DNA of 64,000 nt from Eledone cirrhosa (GCA_964016885.1 OZ024742.1:190402001-190466000), one strand, 5' to 3'. Counted from the first letter of the stretch, positions 12,980-27,527 are shown. Notes: generated from the sequence alone by a model not told the origin. Program-made: numbers and translations.

Positions 12980-13447
12980 TATACATATATGTGAGTCCCG
13001 AGTTCAATCGGGGGCAATCACTGTAAGTGAACCACTTAGTACATTATAGTTTTAACATTGCCGACACTGTTGGTTGTAGTGGTTGACGCCAGATCTGTCG
13101 AAACCGCATGTATACATGGTAGACAGCTGAAGACAAACAACCTCACACTCATGTTTGCGGTTCAATTCTTCGCTTGTGTTACCTGTGTTAAACCATGAGA
13201 TAGTTTCACGACTAAGGTATTCTAATGATTGAATAACTGAACAGTCATCGTTTAACCGATGAAGGTTCCTTCATTTCCTCAATAAAACCGCAATCTTCTT
13301 ATGTATTTCTACCTTATTAATTTTTAATATTAAGCAGCTTGTCGCTATATTTAAATAATTAATTCTATCTTGTCTTAATAGTTCTTATATTCTTACATCT
13401 ACCTCCAGACACATACACACAGATGCACACATATATAGAAAGGTGAG

Positions 13448-14265
<818 letters not shown>

Positions 14266-14484
14266 TGCTAACCATAACAAACTGTTGCCCAGAAGGAAAG
14301 ATTTTACTCTTCTCTGTAATTTACGTTCTCATCTATTACAGCCTCTGAGGTGATTACCTTCGGTATTTGTTGTAGTTGTCCCAGTTATCTATATTCATTA
14401 CATAGGATAAAGCTGTCTACATTGCATGAATTTTTAATATCATAACTTATGTCAATGTTGTCGTTGTCACCATAATCTTCGTTG

Positions 14485-14670
14485 TTGGGCAGTATCGGTA
14501 GAGGGTCGGACGCCATGCTTTGACGCATAGTGTTACGGCCTTTGCCATTCTGAGTTCAAATCCCGCTGACGTTAACTTTGCCTTTCATCCTTACGGGGTC
14601 GATAAAATATAGTACCTAGTAATGTACTGGGTAATTGCTGGCCTTGTGCCAAAAGTAGAAACAATTATTA
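14485..14670 (+). mobile_element. Meta-domain SINE
   Basis: A box ggcagtatcgg, B box gagttcaaatc, Meta core, (tta) tail. Confidence 0.9.
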
Positions 14671-14769
14671 TTGGTTATTGGTGTGATCGGACATCTTTTT
14701 GATTGCTACTGTAAGTCTATTTACCTGTCATAAATCATTTATTGTTAATTTTTGTTGTCGTAAAAGGTA

Positions 14770-15349
14770 CATAAGCCCTTGGATGTTGCCCTGTGAAGGG
14801 CAAACTATAATATTTGGACCTTTTGGCCCAAATATTTGAAGTTTGTTTTAGAAAAAAAAATTTTTTCCCGAAAAAAACCATGGCTGAGCCAAGCCCCCCT
14901 ACCGATTTTAAGTCTGCTGTCGTATGACAGCGGCTTAAAAGTTGAGAGGAGGAATACGGCAGACACAACTTGCACCGTCCTTAACATAAAAAAATATTTA
15001 ATACAAAAACAACATGCAACAACCAATATAACAACGCGACCACAAACTACATGAACAATGGCAGCAATAACAGCAACAGTGAGAACACTAACAGCTGTAA
15101 CAGCGACACCCAACACACACAGACGACAGAAACAACCCCGAAATTAACAATTCCACCAACAGCAACATGAATAGCGACAACACCAACATTAACAAAGAAA
15201 CAATGGTAGAAAACAAAAACATCACCAAGAATAACATCAACTGCAACAACGACAACAACACCAACGACAACACCACCAACGACAGCACTACCTCCACCAA
15301 CAACAACAACAAGACCAACGACAACACAATCACCACCACCACCACCACC

Positions 15350-15381
<32 letters not shown>

Positions 15382-17200
15382 CGGCAACAAAGAGAAAAAC
15401 ACTTTCGCTGCCGCAGCAGCCAAGAAAAGGCCATGCTCTAGCATGGACTTGGCGGACAAAGAGAAAAAGTTGGCATGGAAGCTCATCAAACAGGATCAAA
15501 CCTAGGAAGAGACCATGGAGAAAAATAAGTGTTAGAGTCCGTATTCCCAGGATTCCACCAGGACTAGATATGTGGTGGGACTCTTGGGATGCGTGATTGT
15601 GGAGGAGACAGGTGTCGTCCCAATAGAGGTAACCAGAACAGACATAGAGGACTGGTGCTGGGTTGATCAGGAGTTACTTCTCCAGATCAGACCTGAAGAA
15701 CCAAGGAAAATCCCGGGACGGTTCTACAAGTAATGACTGAGGGAAAAAGGCTGCACTATTCGGTTTCGGCGAAACAACACACTTGCGAGCCTTCTGCACT
15801 CAGATATTGAAAAGTGCAAGGGGTCGAAAGTATCCGCTGCTGCCGACGCCGCCGCCTCAACAACAACTGCAACAGCCAAGAATAACAGCAGGAACAACAG
15901 CGACAGCACCAGCAAAACCAACTGTACCACCGACAACGGCTACAGAACCACCACAAGCAACAACAATTGCAAAGACCACCAAGACCATCCAGGGGCTACT
16001 CCAAAGAAGCTCTCCTGCACACACACATTGAAGCACACAAACCCATGTACACATAAACCCATACACACACTCCCACTTACATCTGACACAAACACAACAA
16101 CCTCTTCATCACTGAACGAAGATGAGGAACACCAAAAAACCTAAAAATACAAAAAAGAAAACACAAAAAGAAACCTCTCGCACCAACAGCAAACAAAGAA
16201 GACAAACTCGCACCAAACATAGACACACATACGACAACACCCACCCCCGCAACAACACGACCGTCAACACATACACCATCTCCACCAACAACACTACCAC
16301 TAACACAAACAATTAAAAGAAAAAACACACAGCAACAACTCACAACCATAACACCTAACTTCATTTAGTTAGACAATCGAACTAAAAATTACTGAATCTC
16401 ATAACACGAAGCAAGGAAATAGAGAAAGAGGGGGAGGCGTTTAGCACCTGCACCTTCAAAGTGCCACAAACACTTTTGCTGGTGCGGGTGCCATTATAAA
16501 ATTATAAAACAATTAGAGAGAGCTTCACCAACGACGTGGGAACACCCAGTGTAAAAGCCTCGAGTAGGCTTTTAAAGGGGTTCTCAAAGGAACCCCACCA
16601 CCCAGACATGGAGGTCAAGGTAAGTAACCCTCTCTTTCTCCTTTTTTTCAGGCCACAAGTTTGTGATCTGCATAGTCGACCTAGATAGAACACGCAGACA
16701 GGAACCTTTTAACTGGAAGCTTAGCGCGTCTACAGCAACCGGATTAGCAAATTAGTTAAGCTGCTCTTGACAAGGGCCATCGTCAACACAAGTAGTGGGG
16801 CTCTCTCAAGAGAGCGAATAGAGTAGAATCCATAGCATTCAGTAAAGAAGTAGCGATAGGAAAAAATAAAACGGAAGGGGGATTAGTAACTAAATTAGAT
16901 GAGGCGATTAGGAGTGGCATTGCAGCCGACGTGCTAGCTGCGAGAATAGCACTAGACCATTTCTTCAATGCGAAACGCGAATGCTGCATTATTAGAGCTA
17001 AGTTCTCGCAAAATCTGGAGGAGTTATATGAAGATGAGCCCCGTAGATTGGAATGCCTGATGCAGCGGATCTGACGAGATGTACCGCCTAGGCAAGTGTG
17101 TAGAGTTTGTCCCATTCCATCCCTTTAAACTCTTTAACCACTTCCTTGTTTTTTGCCTTATCTCTCTTCTTCCCTATTATCTGTTCAACAAATTAAATCG
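14770..17200 (+). mobile_element. Decayed, internally deleted L1/Tx1-like LINE
   Basis: ORF1-like low-complexity region (TFAAAAAK..). ORF2 linker-like ESIAFSKEVAIGKNKTEGGLVTKLDEAIRSG..LDHFFNAKRECCIIRAK at ~16825-17030. Pyrimidine-rich 3' end with attaaa. Confidence 0.45.
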
Positions 17201-17563
17201 AGATAGTAGGAAAGAAATTGAAACGGATTTTTGTTGTTTTGATATTTGTATATATTAAAGTATTTTTTGTTAATGTTTATTATGCTCAGCGGTTAATAGT
17301 TATCTCGTGTCTGTATATCGCACACATATAGGCAACGATAATCCGAATGCGCGCTTATACATAAATACACACACACACACACAAACACATGAATACGCAC
17401 ATACATGTAATACGTGCTCTCTTCATCCTGTGTCTTTCCACCTCTTTCTTTCCAACCATGACCTTCCAGTAGAATTACAATGAGTGTCATTCAACAAAAT
17501 AGCCACCAATTCAGGGCATTATTCCTTCGGCAACGGCGGAAATGTTTCCAGTATCCTTATGTT

Positions 17564-17603
<40 letters not shown>

Positions 17604-17706
17604 TAAATACATACACAGACACTCGCACACACACACATAAATATATATATATATATATACCTATATATATATATATAACTATATATAACTATATATATAT
17701 ATATAG

Positions 17707-17788
<82 letters not shown>

Positions 17789-17899
17789 ATATCTATATAT
17801 ATAGGTGCATATATATTTGCTCTACTGTTCTTATATATTTGATATATATTTATCCTTATCGAGCCCTCTTTGGATTTTAGTCTTCAAATTTATTATTAT

Positions 17900-17938
<39 letters not shown>

Positions 17939-17951
17939 TGCATATATATAA

Positions 17952-18230
17952 ATTGTTATACTTGGGGAGGGTCATATTGTTGTAATAATATTGCCAGTAA
18001 TAATAACAGAACACACTGTTTGGTTGGTTTTCGCTTCTGTATCTTTTATATCTCCACAGTTAATTCATTTGGCCATCAATGTTTATCATTGACTGACCAA
18101 CGGTCAAAAATACAGATGTAAATAGATATATATAGTCTAACAAAGTTCTTTCGTTGCACATCTGCAACATCATCAGTGGTACTATTATTATGTTTCCCCT
18201 ACTGTATTGTATGTATTGTAGTGTCTAGCC
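17952..18230 (+). mobile_element. Family E repeat copy
   Basis: Aligns with 10400-10700. Confidence 0.8.
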
Positions 18231-18253
18231 ATTTTTATTTTATACATATATGT

Positions 18254-18284
<31 letters not shown>

Positions 18285-18296
18285 CACACACACATA

Positions 18297-18810
18297 TAAA
18301 TTTCGTATTTCTAAAGAAACACGGTATGTTTACTGGGTAAACATTTAGGAAGCCGTAAGCTATGCAAAAAACACCGGGGCTTACGCCCTCTGGTGGTGTC
18401 CAGCAGAAGCAAGGGTGACAAACGTCGATGCCTTTCAGACTTAACTGGTCTTCATCTGGACGGTCCCTCCCACGCTTGCGACTGCTGGACTTGAGAACAG
18501 TCGAGAATATATAGTTTTCTCGTCTGTGTTAATGATGTGATTAATCTCATTTGCATATAAAACTGCATAAGTTGGTTCAACTTATAATAGAATAGAAGTC
18601 CAGCAACCGCAAGCGTGGAAGGGAACGTCCTGATGAAGTCCAGTTAAGTCTGAAATGCTTCTGCTGGACACTATCAGAGCACGTAAGCCCCTGTGTTTTT
18701 TTGCAGAGATACGGCTCCTAAATTTTTACCCTGTAACATACCGTGTTTCTTTAGAAATAAGAAATCTCTACACATATCTGTATACAGCTATGCTCGAAGC
18801 CAAATCCCAT
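18297..18810. mobile_element. Family C HHR mini-element, two copies in inverted orientation
   Basis: 18297-18595 is minus sense (core CAGATGA, mutated). 18598-18810 is plus sense (CTGATGA at 18630, cleavage site deleted between tgc microhomologies). Confidence 0.8.
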
Positions 18811-19208
18811 TTCTATATATACTATGTACATACATAGGCACACAAATGGACGCCCATATTCGCACACATACCCATACATTCACATTGTAATTATGTCGGA
18901 ATGCTGAGCTCGATAACAAGATGAAAGACGTAAGAAATTGGTCAGCGTGCAGTAAGACAATTAATTCCTGCTCTCAAAAAACAACAACATCAAAATCAGC
19001 AACAACTAGTAGTTTTAGCGCTGTCGCCGCTACCACCACCACCACCACCACCACCACCACCACAACAACAACAATAACAACAACTGCAACAACAGCAACA
19101 TGTATTAATGAGTAAAATTATAAATATTGAATTAGTTTCCATAGTAATTTTATAATAGATTTTAATCCTTTAAGCACACAAAGGAAAGAAAGAAGACAAA
19201 GACGAAGA

Positions 19209-19255
<47 letters not shown>

Positions 19256-19574
19256 AAGGAGAAAAGTCTGTATTAAATATGTTTATGTGAAATAATCGTA
19301 TTATTGACGCTGTGTGTATATATATTATTGCTGTTATTTGCCAAGTTTAAATGTATATATTAGTATGTATGAAGTATGTATGTATGTATGTATGTATGTA
19401 TGTATGTATGTATGTATGTATGTATGTATGTATGTATGTATGTATGTATGTATGTTTGTATGTATGTATGTTTGTATGCATGCTTATATGTAAGTATATA
19501 TGTATGTTTGTATGTATGTATATATATTACATGTATGTATTACATGTAACTATATAAGTATGTATACATATATA

Positions 19575-19752
19575 AATGGTGGCTGCCAACTTGTTTTCGA
19601 GTACGGCCACTACTTTATATCCATGTAGGAGAACCCCTACCGATGCACTGAACGAGTGTGACTTTTCAGTCCAGCCAGAGACTTGAAAACTCTGGTTTAT
19701 ACATATGCATATATGTACAATTACTGACACATAGTGATGGGCCCATGGTACA
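19575..19752 (-). mobile_element. Fragment of RTE-related non-autonomous element
   Basis: Aligns with 55795-55960. Confidence 0.6.
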
Positions 19753-19815
19753 TATATATATATAAATGCATATATACATACATACATATATATACATACA
19801 CACACACACACACAT

Positions 19816-19866
<51 letters not shown>

Positions 19867-20284
19867 TTAGAAATATCGAATTATGGGAATCTTGAGATAA
19901 TATGTATGTATGTTTATATGTATGTATATATTATATGTATGTATTACATGTAACTATATAAGTATGCATATATATACATACATACATACATACACATATA
20001 TATACATACATGCATACACACATATATATATATATACACACATTAGAAATATCGAATTATGGGTGCCTTGAGATAATATTAATGATACATTTATTGTATG
20101 TTTACTTTGCGATAAAACATGGCGTGATTTAAGTAGAGTAAAACAAGAAATTCAAGGAACTGTAATATAATTCACACTAGCAATATGGCGGCTGAATATA
20201 TTGGAGTGCTGCACAATATATTTCAGTCATATTCAGTATTGTACATTATATTGAAGTACAAATTAAGACCATGAGTCTGTAAAA

Positions 20285-20635
20285 CATACATGTGAGTGTC
20301 TGTCCGTGAAATATATCCACATGTACAAGGTCCGAACACAAAAGAAGAACCAAAATCACACTGTCACTGTCTCCGTCCCTCCCTCTCTCTCACTATTATG
20401 AGCAAATGGGTGGCCCATGTGGCTGGCGGCTCTGGCGGACAGTATAGGGAAGGCGTTTCCCTTGAGGATGGTGAGGGAGACGCGCTTGAAGAACCATTGC
20501 AGCGAGGCTCACACCTACTGGAGGCCAACTCTGTGCCGATGGTAGTGAGCAGAGTAAGCCCTAGGGCCAAGGACACCAGAAGAATCCACTCGGGCTCGAC
20601 CGCAAATCTGTCGGAGGGCGACCGATATACATTAT
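20285..20635 (-). pseudogene. 3' end of a CRE-type non-LTR element (restriction-like endonuclease C-terminus)
   Basis: Frameshifted VDSSGVLGPRA..LLTTIGTELASSRCEPR..QWFFKRVSLTILKGNAFPIL resembles the CRE 'QRLS..IQRGNA' motif. Confidence 0.65.
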
Positions 20636-20694
20636 AGTATTGTACAACTAGTATATTACAGTATTATACAGTTGAATGCATTTTATAAGCGTAT

Positions 20695-21032
20695 AAGACC
20701 CCTTTCGGTCACAAATGACCATGGGATTTGTACTTAGAAAGATCCTCTCCGAGACACAAGTCCGGGCAAGATTGTTTATAGCAGATCAGCAGTCACCCGT
20801 GCATACCAGCCCACCCCTCTTTCCACGCCATCAATGTTGTCCAAGGGAAAGGCAATGGCCGAAACAGCTTGGCCCCTGTGACGTAGCAACTCATTTCTAC
20901 AGCTGAGTAAACTGGAGCAACACCAAATAAAATGTGTTGCTCAAGGACATAACGCAACACCCGCTTCGAGAATTGATCTCAGAACCTCACCATTGCAAAC
21001 CCTATGTTCTAACAACTAAACCATGCCTTCAC
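20695..21032 (-). mobile_element. tRNA-derived SINE, second family (CORE/V-like central domain)
   Basis: Minus strand gaaggcatggtttagttgttag (A box), degenerate B box, tgtccttgagcaacacattttat...actcagctgtagaaatgagt. Confidence 0.7.
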
Positions 21033-21332
21033 AGCTAAGTATATTACAGTACAATATTTAACAGTATTATAGAGTATAATGAAGTATAATGCAGTACTGT
21101 ATAGTATCGTATTTTACAGTATAGTACTATATAGTACAGCACATTCCAGTATATTATGGTATAGGACAGTATTGTTTCGTACGGACTGTACATTTGAATA
21201 TAATAGAAATATGTTTTCTGAAATGGGTAATATTTGATAAGAGGCATAATTTAATTTAGTGCTCCTCGTGTTTGTTTTCTTTAACTTCATTAATAAAAAA
21301 ATATTCTCGAAGGAAATTATACACACACACAT

Positions 21333-21371
<39 letters not shown>

Positions 21372-21383
21372 CATGTATAATTT

Positions 21384-21466
<83 letters not shown>

Positions 21467-21617
21467 TAATTTTGAGTATATGTTGGTTGTATACCAACAC
21501 CTCAGTATGCAGATGGAGCACTCGACGAAGTGCGCAGGTTGGTTTGGTTACTCCGGAGTAATGTAAAATAAAATAAAATAAATAAGTCAAATGTTTAAAA
21601 ATTTGGCTTCGTTTATT

Positions 21618-21672
21618 ACTGCTATATATATTTCGGTGACAGCCATCTTTGGCTGTGACTTCTTCAGGCAGT
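21618..21672 (-). ncRNA. Minimal type I hammerhead in a PLE-like tail (~21478-21990)
   Basis: actgc-CTGAAGA-agtc acagcca aaga tggctgt cacc-GAAA-tatata-TA-gcagt, immediately followed by AATAAA. Confidence 0.85.
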
Positions 21673-21989
21673 CAGAATTAGTGTGGTAGAGACGAGTACA
21701 CATGTTGTTGAGGTGTTTAACTTTGTCAATACTCTGATATGCCCAGTTCCTGGTTGGGTTGTTATTTCATTGAGGAACTGGAATCATATGAATTTAAACA
21801 AACGAATTTCAGCGTCAAAGGACCTCTTCTCCTCTCATTGGTCAGTTTTTAGAACATTCCTCAGTCAAAAGTCTATAGAAATTCGTTCTGAGGCAAGGCA
21901 ATCTGTAGTGGTTGTTATTGTTATTGTTATTGTTAGGTACATCTGACTTCTACTCTTATGTTGGTAGTGGTGTTGTTGTTGGATTTGGC

Positions 21990-22023
<34 letters not shown>

Positions 22024-22024
<1 letters not shown>

Positions 22025-22628
22025 TAGCCGAATTACTCGGACCTTGCTGCGTTCACACATTATTTTGTAAGAAAATGATGATTGATTTTAAATCAGTGAT
22101 ATAATTTATGGAGAAAAATTCTGCATTTCAATATTACTCAATGTAAAATGTAATGGATGAAAAATTGGAAAACATTATTTTTTGTAATATATCAAATCAA
22201 CATTACATTATCAAATCTTATTCTTATTTTGTTTCTTGTAAATAATTAAAAAAAAAACATTAATTCAAAACTTGATTTCATGTTTGTGTAAAGCATTATT
22301 TTATTTGGGCTTCCAAAATTTTCACTATATGGGGTTTAACCCCCATTAGGGTGTCTTAATATTACTAAAATTTGCTGAAATTGTGTGAATAGGCATCGTA
22401 TCTTGTCATTTACCTATGGTTTAAATATCATATAAATCGAAGGGAAAACATTTTTAGCGGGTGTTTGTGCCCCCGGGGAACCCTTTGAATAAAATGAAAT
22501 ATACTTATCCAAGTACCCTGGGCAATATAGTTTCAGAATATATATAGTTTTGGGGGTCTCTCTCCAAAACCATAGGAGGAGTTCGTGAACAAACAAAAAT
22601 ACAGGAACTACAACTTTATATATATAGA
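22024..22628 (-). mobile_element. Non-autonomous Helitron
   Basis: 5' TCTATATATATAAAGTTG at 22628; 3' degenerate hairpin + CTAG|T at 22024. Confidence 0.75.
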
Positions 22629-22862
22629 AATTGTTTTGCAAAGTTTTTCATATGAAATCGTGAGTCGAAACAAATATTGTTATACTTGGGGAGGATCATA
22701 TTGTTATAATATTGCCAGAAATAATAACAGAACACACTCACTGTTTGGTTTGGGTTGGTTTTCGCTTCTGTATCTTTTATATCTCCATAGTTAATTTATC
22801 TGGCAATCAATGTTTATCATTGATTGACCAACGGTGAAAAATACAGATATAAATATATATAG

Positions 22863-23006
22863 CACTTTAAGAAAACCCACTGTACGAATAAGAAATGTAT
22901 CATATGTAGAATGAACCCCCAGATAAATTGTAAAACTAAAAATGTATTCTATAGCATAAGATGTACAGAGGGTACTTGCAGAAACATGACTAGGACATAC
23001 ATAGGT
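22863..23006 (+). pseudogene. PLE GIY-YIG fragment
   Basis: HCTNKKCIICRMNPQINCKTKNVFYSIRCTEGTCRNMTRTYIG: Cys linker plus xFY...YIG. Confidence 0.65.
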
Positions 23007-23330
23007 GACCACAATGTGGCTGAAAATGATATGGAAAAGATCCATACGTACGTAGGCCTTCCAGGCGCTATTAGATCTGATCACCATATAGTGACAAGTT
23101 GCGCCAATCATCATTGTGGGGCTAGGCATGATCCCTAAATGCATTACATCTTTCAGCAAAAGCCTTGGGATACGTGACTTCATAGACAGGGCCCAATTTC
23201 TAACATCACAAGCACTGCCAGAATCCTACGTAATATATTGAGCCTCTGACATCAGGGACTGATCTGAGGCAAATTAACACGTGACACCTAACAACCGATC
23301 GATAGAGAAAACTTACAAAAGGAGAAAAAA
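23007..23330 (+). pseudogene. 3' end of an RLE-type (R4/NeSL-like) non-LTR element
   Basis: EKIHTY..L, PIIIVG.LGMIP, STARILRNILSL* in broken frames, then a short UTR and an A-rich tail. Confidence 0.6.
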
Positions 23331-23337
23331 AATATAT

Positions 23338-23980
23338 TTGGTAGATTAGCAGTATCGGTAGAGCGTCGGAAATTACGTTTGCGGCATATAGTTATGGCCC
23401 TTTACATTCCGAGAGTAAATCCCACCGAGGTTAACTTTTCATTTCATCCTTACGGGGGTAATCAAATAAAGTACCAGTAATGCACTAAGTTCCATTTAAT
23501 CGACTTTCTCCTCCCCTTCAAAATGCTGGTTTTATGTCTAAAATAGAAACAATTATCATTGGTGGATTGGCAGTATCGGTAGAGGGTCGGACGCCATGCT
23601 TTCCAGCATAGTTACGTCCCTTTACGATCTGAGTTCAAATCCCGCCGAGGTTCACTTTGCCTTTCATCCTTACGGGGTCGATAAAATAAAGTACCAGTAA
23701 TGTAATGGGTATTTGCTGGCCTTGTGCCTAAAGTAGAAACAATTATTATCAATATTATAAGGGCGGTGGATTGGCACTATCGGTAGAGAGTCGGACAACA
23801 TGCTTTGCAGCATAGAGTTACGACCCTTTACGGTCTGAGTTCAAATCCCGCCAATGTTAACTTTGCCTTTCATCCTTACGGGGGTCGATAAAATAAAGCA
23901 CCAGTAACGTACCGAGGTCGAGTTAATCGACTTTCCCCTCCCACCAAATTGCTGACCTTGAAAAGTAGAAACAATTATTA
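23338..23980 (+). mobile_element. Three head-to-tail Meta-domain SINEs
   Basis: Units at ~23338-23556, 23560-23750 and 23761-23980, each with A/B boxes and tail. Confidence 0.9.
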
Positions 23981-24222
23981 ATATTTTATATAACTAATAT
24001 AGAATGAAGCTTGGCAGAAATTCGTTTTCCATGAAGTGTAGAATATTTTCATTGTTGTAGAGTTCCTGGCGTAATGCTTTACGTACTGTCAACTAGGAAA
24101 ACTACTTTTACATTTCTTTCAATTTTGATAATTTTCATGTTGAAAATGAATAATATTAATCAGGATAATATAGATTTTATACAGGAGTGTTGTTGCATTT
24201 CTACAACTATGAAATGTAAACC

Positions 24223-24333
<111 letters not shown>

Positions 24334-24364
24334 ATACACACGCACACACACACACATATACACT

Positions 24365-24436
<72 letters not shown>

Positions 24437-24496
24437 AAGAAAGAGAGGGAGAGACACATATATGTACATATTTATAAATATATATATATATATATA

Positions 24497-25381
24497 CTAG
24501 CAGTGGTACCCGGCGTTGCACGGGATAAGGTATTTTGGAACGCGGGCCGCCAACAGATCTAATCGTTGAAAAACTGCATGCCTGGACAATATGTAAAGAA
24601 AATAAACCGAAACTCTGATGGCTGGATAATCTTTAAGATTTTCCTCGATGAAGCAGGAAAAATGCAGGTTTTCACATAATGTTTTTTTTTTATCTGCATA
24701 ATATGCCTTGAAATTTCGGGAAAATCGGCTAGATTTAACGCCTCAAAAAAGCCCTAAAAAGCTGAAAAAATAAAGTTTTTCACCTAATGCAGGCCCTAGT
24801 GTTGGATTTCTTTGCTTACGGTATGAAGAAGAGACTGATTAATACATAGTTACAATTTCAAAAAAATCGGCCTCACGTAACGCCTCAAAAAACCCCTAAA
24901 AATCTTAAAAAACGCAGTTTTTCACCTAATGCGGACCCTAGGAGATAATAAAAAGTCGAATTTAATGTGCATAACGCCCCTTGAAACATAAGTAATACAC
25001 ATGTAATGTTTGAAAAAAATCGGTTGGGTACTTCTCGAGTTTTAGGGATTCAAACTCACAAACACACACACAACCAACAGGCATCCTCAGGGAAGTGACG
25101 TAATGCAGACAGCAGACATACAGACAGATATTATAAGGGCGCGACGTTATATGTATGTATCTATCTAAAAAGAGAAAGACTAAGAATTATAGAGATCGCT
25201 AAATCGCCTAATGCGGTCCCTAGGGCATTGAAAATTTGAAATTCTTTTGGCTCAGAACACTCCGTGAAACATAAGTATTACATGTGTAAAGTTTGAAAAC
25301 AGTCGGTTTGGTGGTTCTCGAGTTTTAGGGATTCGAACGCACACACACACAGACAGACATCCTCAGTTTTATATATATAGA
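24497..25381 (-). mobile_element. Complete non-autonomous Helitron
   Basis: 5' TCTATATATATAAAACTGAGGATG; 3' hairpin cccgtgcaacgccggg + CTAG|T; internal sub-repeats cacctaatgcgggccctag. Confidence 0.85.
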
Positions 25382-25880
25382 CTAGCAGAAAACCACCCGG
25401 TGGGCGGTTTTCTGCTAGCAAATCTAGTGTATATACTGATATTGTTGAGATTTGGATGAGAAATGTTTTCGGCACCACATGTTCACCGTCTCTCGGTGTG
25501 TCTTTTATGCATGTATAAATATATATGTTATCTATACGGTGAAATCTTTGAAATAAATATATGTTAAAACGAAAAAGGAGAAAAAGAGATTAGTGACGGA
25601 AATATAAACGTTATGATACATAAACATTATGATATAACGATGAAAATATATAAACGTTTACGATAAAACGATGGAAATAGAAACGTTTATATATAGTGAT
25701 AGGCCGAAACACTCGTAAGCCGAAACACTCGTAAAGCGAAAAGTATAAATAAAGATTAATGTAATGAATTTGAAAAGCATAGAGATTTGAAACCGCGTCT
25801 ATTTGTTTCCTTGGCATTTTTTACAGACGGACAGACGGACAAACAAACAGAGAAATGCCCATTATATATTATAAGTAGAC
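25382..25880 (-). mobile_element. Second Helitron-like element abutting the first
   Basis: 3' CTAG at 25382 with an adjacent hairpin; cagacggacagacggacaaacaaacagagaaatg 5'-type motif near 25825-25880. Confidence 0.5.
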
Positions 25881-26102
25881 TTGGCATGGTGTCAAGTCAG
25901 AACCGCCTCGAACTGGTTACTTCTGGCTTGTGCAAGGTGTCTCTATAGCAACCAGCGATTCCCTCGGCCTCAGTGACCAAAGTCAGTGGAGAGAGGAATG
26001 TAATGTTTCTATAGCGACAGTGTTTCTCTTGGTAGTACCAAAGTGGAGAAAGGAAGGGGAAGGTAGTATTTCTGTAGCACCTACATTTGAGTTTTAGGGA
26101 AG

Positions 26103-26140
<38 letters not shown>

Positions 26141-26158
26141 GAAATGTCCATATATTTC

Positions 26159-26221
<63 letters not shown>

Positions 26222-26409
26222 TACACACACAGCAATGTATATATATTTCTGTGTGTATATATATTACACACACAGAAATGTATATATATTTCTTAGAACA
26301 AAATTATTATTAATGTTTTCCTGTACATAACAATTGGAATTGAAAAATTACTTTTGAAATTATTAGTTATTTTACTAATGCTTAGATATGTAAAAATGAA
26401 GCAATGTTT

Positions 26410-26603
26410 CTAATAATTGTTTCTACTTTTGGTACAAGGCCAGCAATTTCACAGTACATTACTGGTACTTTATTTTATCGACCCCGTGAGGATGAAAGGC
26501 AAAGTTAACCTCGGCGGTATTTGAACTCAGACCGTAAAGGGACGTAACTCCATGCTATGAAGCACGGTGTCCGACTCTCTACAGATTCTGTCAATCCACC
26601 GCC
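26410..26603 (-). mobile_element. Meta-domain SINE, full length
   Basis: Reverse complement of the consensus, starting ggcggtggattg. Confidence 0.9.
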
Positions 26604-27527
26604 CTAATGTCTGTACGTAATGAGGGAGTGAGAGGGGAGAGAAAGAAAGGCAGAGGTGAAGTGACGAAGTGACTCTCTCCTCCTCCTCCTCCATCTCCCC
26701 ATTCGTCACAGCGATAGAGGGGAGGAATGTTAGTGTGTTACAAAGAGAAAGAGTGAGAGTGAGAGAAACAGACAGACTAAAAGAGATGGATAGCCGGAGA
26801 GAGAGATAGCAACCACGCGCGCACGTGTTTCCACTGTCGGACAGACAGCAGAGAAATTGCTGGTTATATATTATAAGGAGATGTGTGTGTGTGTGTGCGT
26901 GTGCGTGTGCGTGTGCGTGTGCGTGTGCGTGTGTGTGTGTGTGTGTTTGTTTGAACGTATGTGATGTAAATATTTCTGTATATAAATACATACGTATATA
27001 AGCCGATGCATCAGACTGTAGTAATACCAAATAAGAAAGGGAGAATTAGTTGTATTAGTATCAAAGTATTCGGATTTCCTACACACTTCAATCATTAAGA
27101 ATTGATGACTGAAGTGATAGGAATTGAGTAGAAGTTAAAGGCAAAACAGAACAAAGGATGTCGGAATAGAGCCGTGGTGGTGGAAAAGAAACATAAGTTG
27201 TTTTACGATTCATAAAAGATATAATGATATGTTTGATAGATTAAGTGGTCGACATTACTGGACGTTAATGTTAGAGAGATCAAAGTGTCCATACTGTGTT
27301 ATTTCTATCAACATTTTCAGGGCATTTCCCAGATAAATAGCGTATATACTCGTGTTTAGACAACACCGGTAGATAGATTGCTCCATCATGTTCATACATT
27401 TACGATAAACTACATATTTTTAATTGAAGCTTGTTGGTCAAGTGGATGACTCACATGCTAGTGTTTCATGTAGTATATTCGTGGAAAGGGACGCGACTTA
27501 TACAGGCATATATACAGTATTATTTTG

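Noticed and set aside
15047-16364. Val/Leu-rich 'membrane protein' ORFs on the minus strand
   Set aside because: Antisense reading of CAA/CAC-rich low-complexity LINE sequence.
14815-17232. U2 snRNA-like words (ccttttggc, tatctgttc, ggatttttg) at the ends of the Tx1-like element, suggesting a U2-targeting Keno element
   Set aside because: The matches are only ~9 nt and scattered, with no contiguous U2 sequence.
23338-23980. tRNA genes or a CRISPR-like array
   Set aside because: The A/B boxes belong to SINE heads without a cloverleaf. Units are ~200 bp with no unique spacers, in eukaryotic context.
25682-25755. Hammerhead 3' half ggccGAAAcactcgTA, duplicated
   Set aside because: No 5' core; at most a decayed remnant.
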